Shown here in pieces: positions 62,509 to 64,000 of a stretch of DNA of 64,000 nt (its first letter is position 1; each line of letters opens with the position of its first letter). The notes beneath the pieces were generated by a model. The model did no database searches, was not told the DNA's origin, and saw only the letters and a list, made by a program, of their open reading frames with translations. Where the stretch lies: NCBI GenBank assembly GCA_950097015.1, contig CATNEN010000039.1:3782001-3846000 (forward strand), in the 5' to 3' direction. The translations under genes were made by a program, and so were the position numbers. Source of the stretch: Macrostomum hystrix. Taxonomy: Eukaryota; Animalia; Platyhelminthes.

Positions 62509-62883
62509 ATCGGGTCCCATGGAGACCACGCGAATCCGGTAATAGTCTACATTGGCCTTGACGTGGTGCTGCCAGCGAAGGTCGTAGCTGTTCCACCAGG
62601 CGGTGGAGGCGCCGCTGACAATCGTGGGAGTCGGCGCCAGCGCGGTCAGGCGAATTTCGACCTCCCGCCGGCCAAGGCTATTTTCCGCGCTGCACGTCAC
62701 CAGCGTCTCGTTGGCGACATCGTTCAGGTTGGCGAAGGTCACGGTGTAAGCGGCGTAGAAGCTATGCTGACTGTAGGTCTCCCGCACAGTCAGCCGGGAG
62801 CTGGGCGAGTCCGAGCTGCTCACAATGTCATCGTTGGCTGATCGGCAGCTCAGGTGGGGCTCTGGATATGCCGAAACTTTCAC
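62509..62883 (-). CDS. Gene 3 exon: Ig-like domain and start of FN3 (Ig-superfamily cell-surface protein)
   Basis: VSAYPEP...VTCSAENSLGRREVEIRL (Ig) followed by SYDLRW...VDYYRIRV (FN3); acceptor CCCGCAG, donor GTGAGT; 125 codons, phase 0/0. Confidence 0.88.
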
Positions 62884-62889
62884 CTGCGG

Positions 62890-63260
62890 GGATCGGGTGG
62901 GGTTGGCGAGATTGGGTAGGGTGGGGGAGATTAGGTAAGGTGGGCAAGATTGGGTAGGGTGGGCGAGATTGGGTAGGGTGGGCGAGATTGGGTAGGGTGG
63001 GCAATATTGGGTAGAAAGAGTGGAAGATTGGGTAGATAGTGTGGAATATTGGGTGGATAGAGTGGAATATTGGGTAGAGAGGTGGAAGATTGGGTTGAGA
63101 TGGTGGAAGATTGGGTTGAGATGGTGGAAGATTGGGTAGATAGAGTGGAAGATTGGGTAGATGGAGTGGAAGATTGGGTAGAGAGGGTGGAATATTGGGT
63201 AGATAGAGTGGAAGATTGGGTAGATGGAGTGGAAGATTAGGTAGATGGAGTGGAAGATTG
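62890..63260. repeat. Degenerate 19-21-bp G-rich repeat (GATTGGGTAGGGTGGGCGA grading to GATTGGGTAGATAGAGTGGAA)
   Basis: Direct inspection; it abuts the gene 3 acceptor site. Confidence 0.85.
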
Positions 63261-63612
63261 AATAGTTAAGGGTGAAATATGCACAGGGTCCATTAGTTAA
63301 ATCCCTCCGGTTTAACAATTCAGCAGCTTCTACGGTTGTGTCAGAGGGGTCATCAGGTGTATTCATCAAGTTTGGTAAAGATCACTTTAATATTGTTCTA
63401 ACAGACACTCTAAGATTCACTTGATCTGCGGCTGTCAATCAGTCTGTTTTGTCTGTTCTACCTTCTCTTGCGACTAATACTCGTAGAATCTGGAGCATGT
63501 GACAATGTCCAATCTGAATTGAGTACCTGTGCAAGTATATCTGAGTATTTAGCAGCTTAGGTTAGTCCCTATGAGTGGCTAGTGGAACTAATATTGTCAT
63601 TCTCACACCTAC

Positions 63613-63710
63613 TTCGGTTCCATTGCTCAGCAAATCTGGCCCAACTGCACGCGGCGCAAACTGTACATGTCGGCGCATTCGTTGGCATCGATAAAGTCGG
63701 CAGTCGCCAG
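63613..63710 (-). CDS. Gene 3 putative upstream exon (end of an Ig domain)
   Basis: GDCRLYRCQ...HVQFAP resembles the Ig DxGxYxC...VxFxP pattern; donor GAA|GTAGGT is phase 0; the 5' boundary is uncertain. Confidence 0.45.
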
Positions 63711-64000
63711 CTGTTACGTAACCAGGAGTTTCTCCCGTGTTATTTTCTGCTCATCTTTTTCTTCCCCACATTTATTCTCACCTGCCAAAGTTTTTTCCCC
63801 TGCTCATTAAGCCCAGAGCTGGCATAGTACTAGGAACTGGGGACGGGTCTAACTAGGTGTCTTTTTTCGCTGCGAATCGAAGCATCGATTGTGATTGATT
63901 TTCGTTAGAAAAAAATCACTCTCTTTGTCTATCTCTCTGTTGGGATTTAAATTTTCTACGTAGGGTTAGAAAACTTTTTCTCCCATCATGGCAAAACTTC

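Overview
Eukaryotic (metazoan) genomic DNA with spliceosomal GT-AG introns. The poly-Ala/poly-Gln coding style and the minisatellite-packed introns resemble a flatworm such as Macrostomum, but that is inference only. Three protein-coding genes can be reconstructed by hand with phase-consistent exons. (1) A ~29 kb + strand gene (8.5-37.2 kb) combines an RIIa dimerization/docking domain (SP17/CABYR-like) with IQ calmodulin-binding motifs. It appears to have three alternative N-terminal modules and two alternative C-terminal modules, two of which are huge acidic tandem-repeat exons. (2) A 5-exon IQSEC/BRAG-family ArfGEF (IQ + Sec7 + PH, ~733 aa) lies at 41.9-49.1 kb. (3) The 3' part of a minus-strand Ig + FN3 cell-surface protein with a hydrophobic, GPI-signal-like tail lies at 54.5-63.7 kb. 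The non-coding DNA holds about 20 unrelated tandem arrays, the largest a 7.7 kb array of a 24-bp unit with higher-order repeats. It also holds a triply nested transposon cluster (palindromic element > internally deleted Tc1/mariner-type element > its own MITE), an 80-bp TIR element, a hAT MITE, a probable solo LTR, a Gypsy integrase relic and a tRNA-derived SINE family. No CRISPR, rRNA or bona fide tRNA genes were seen. Most six-frame ORFs are by-products of repeats.
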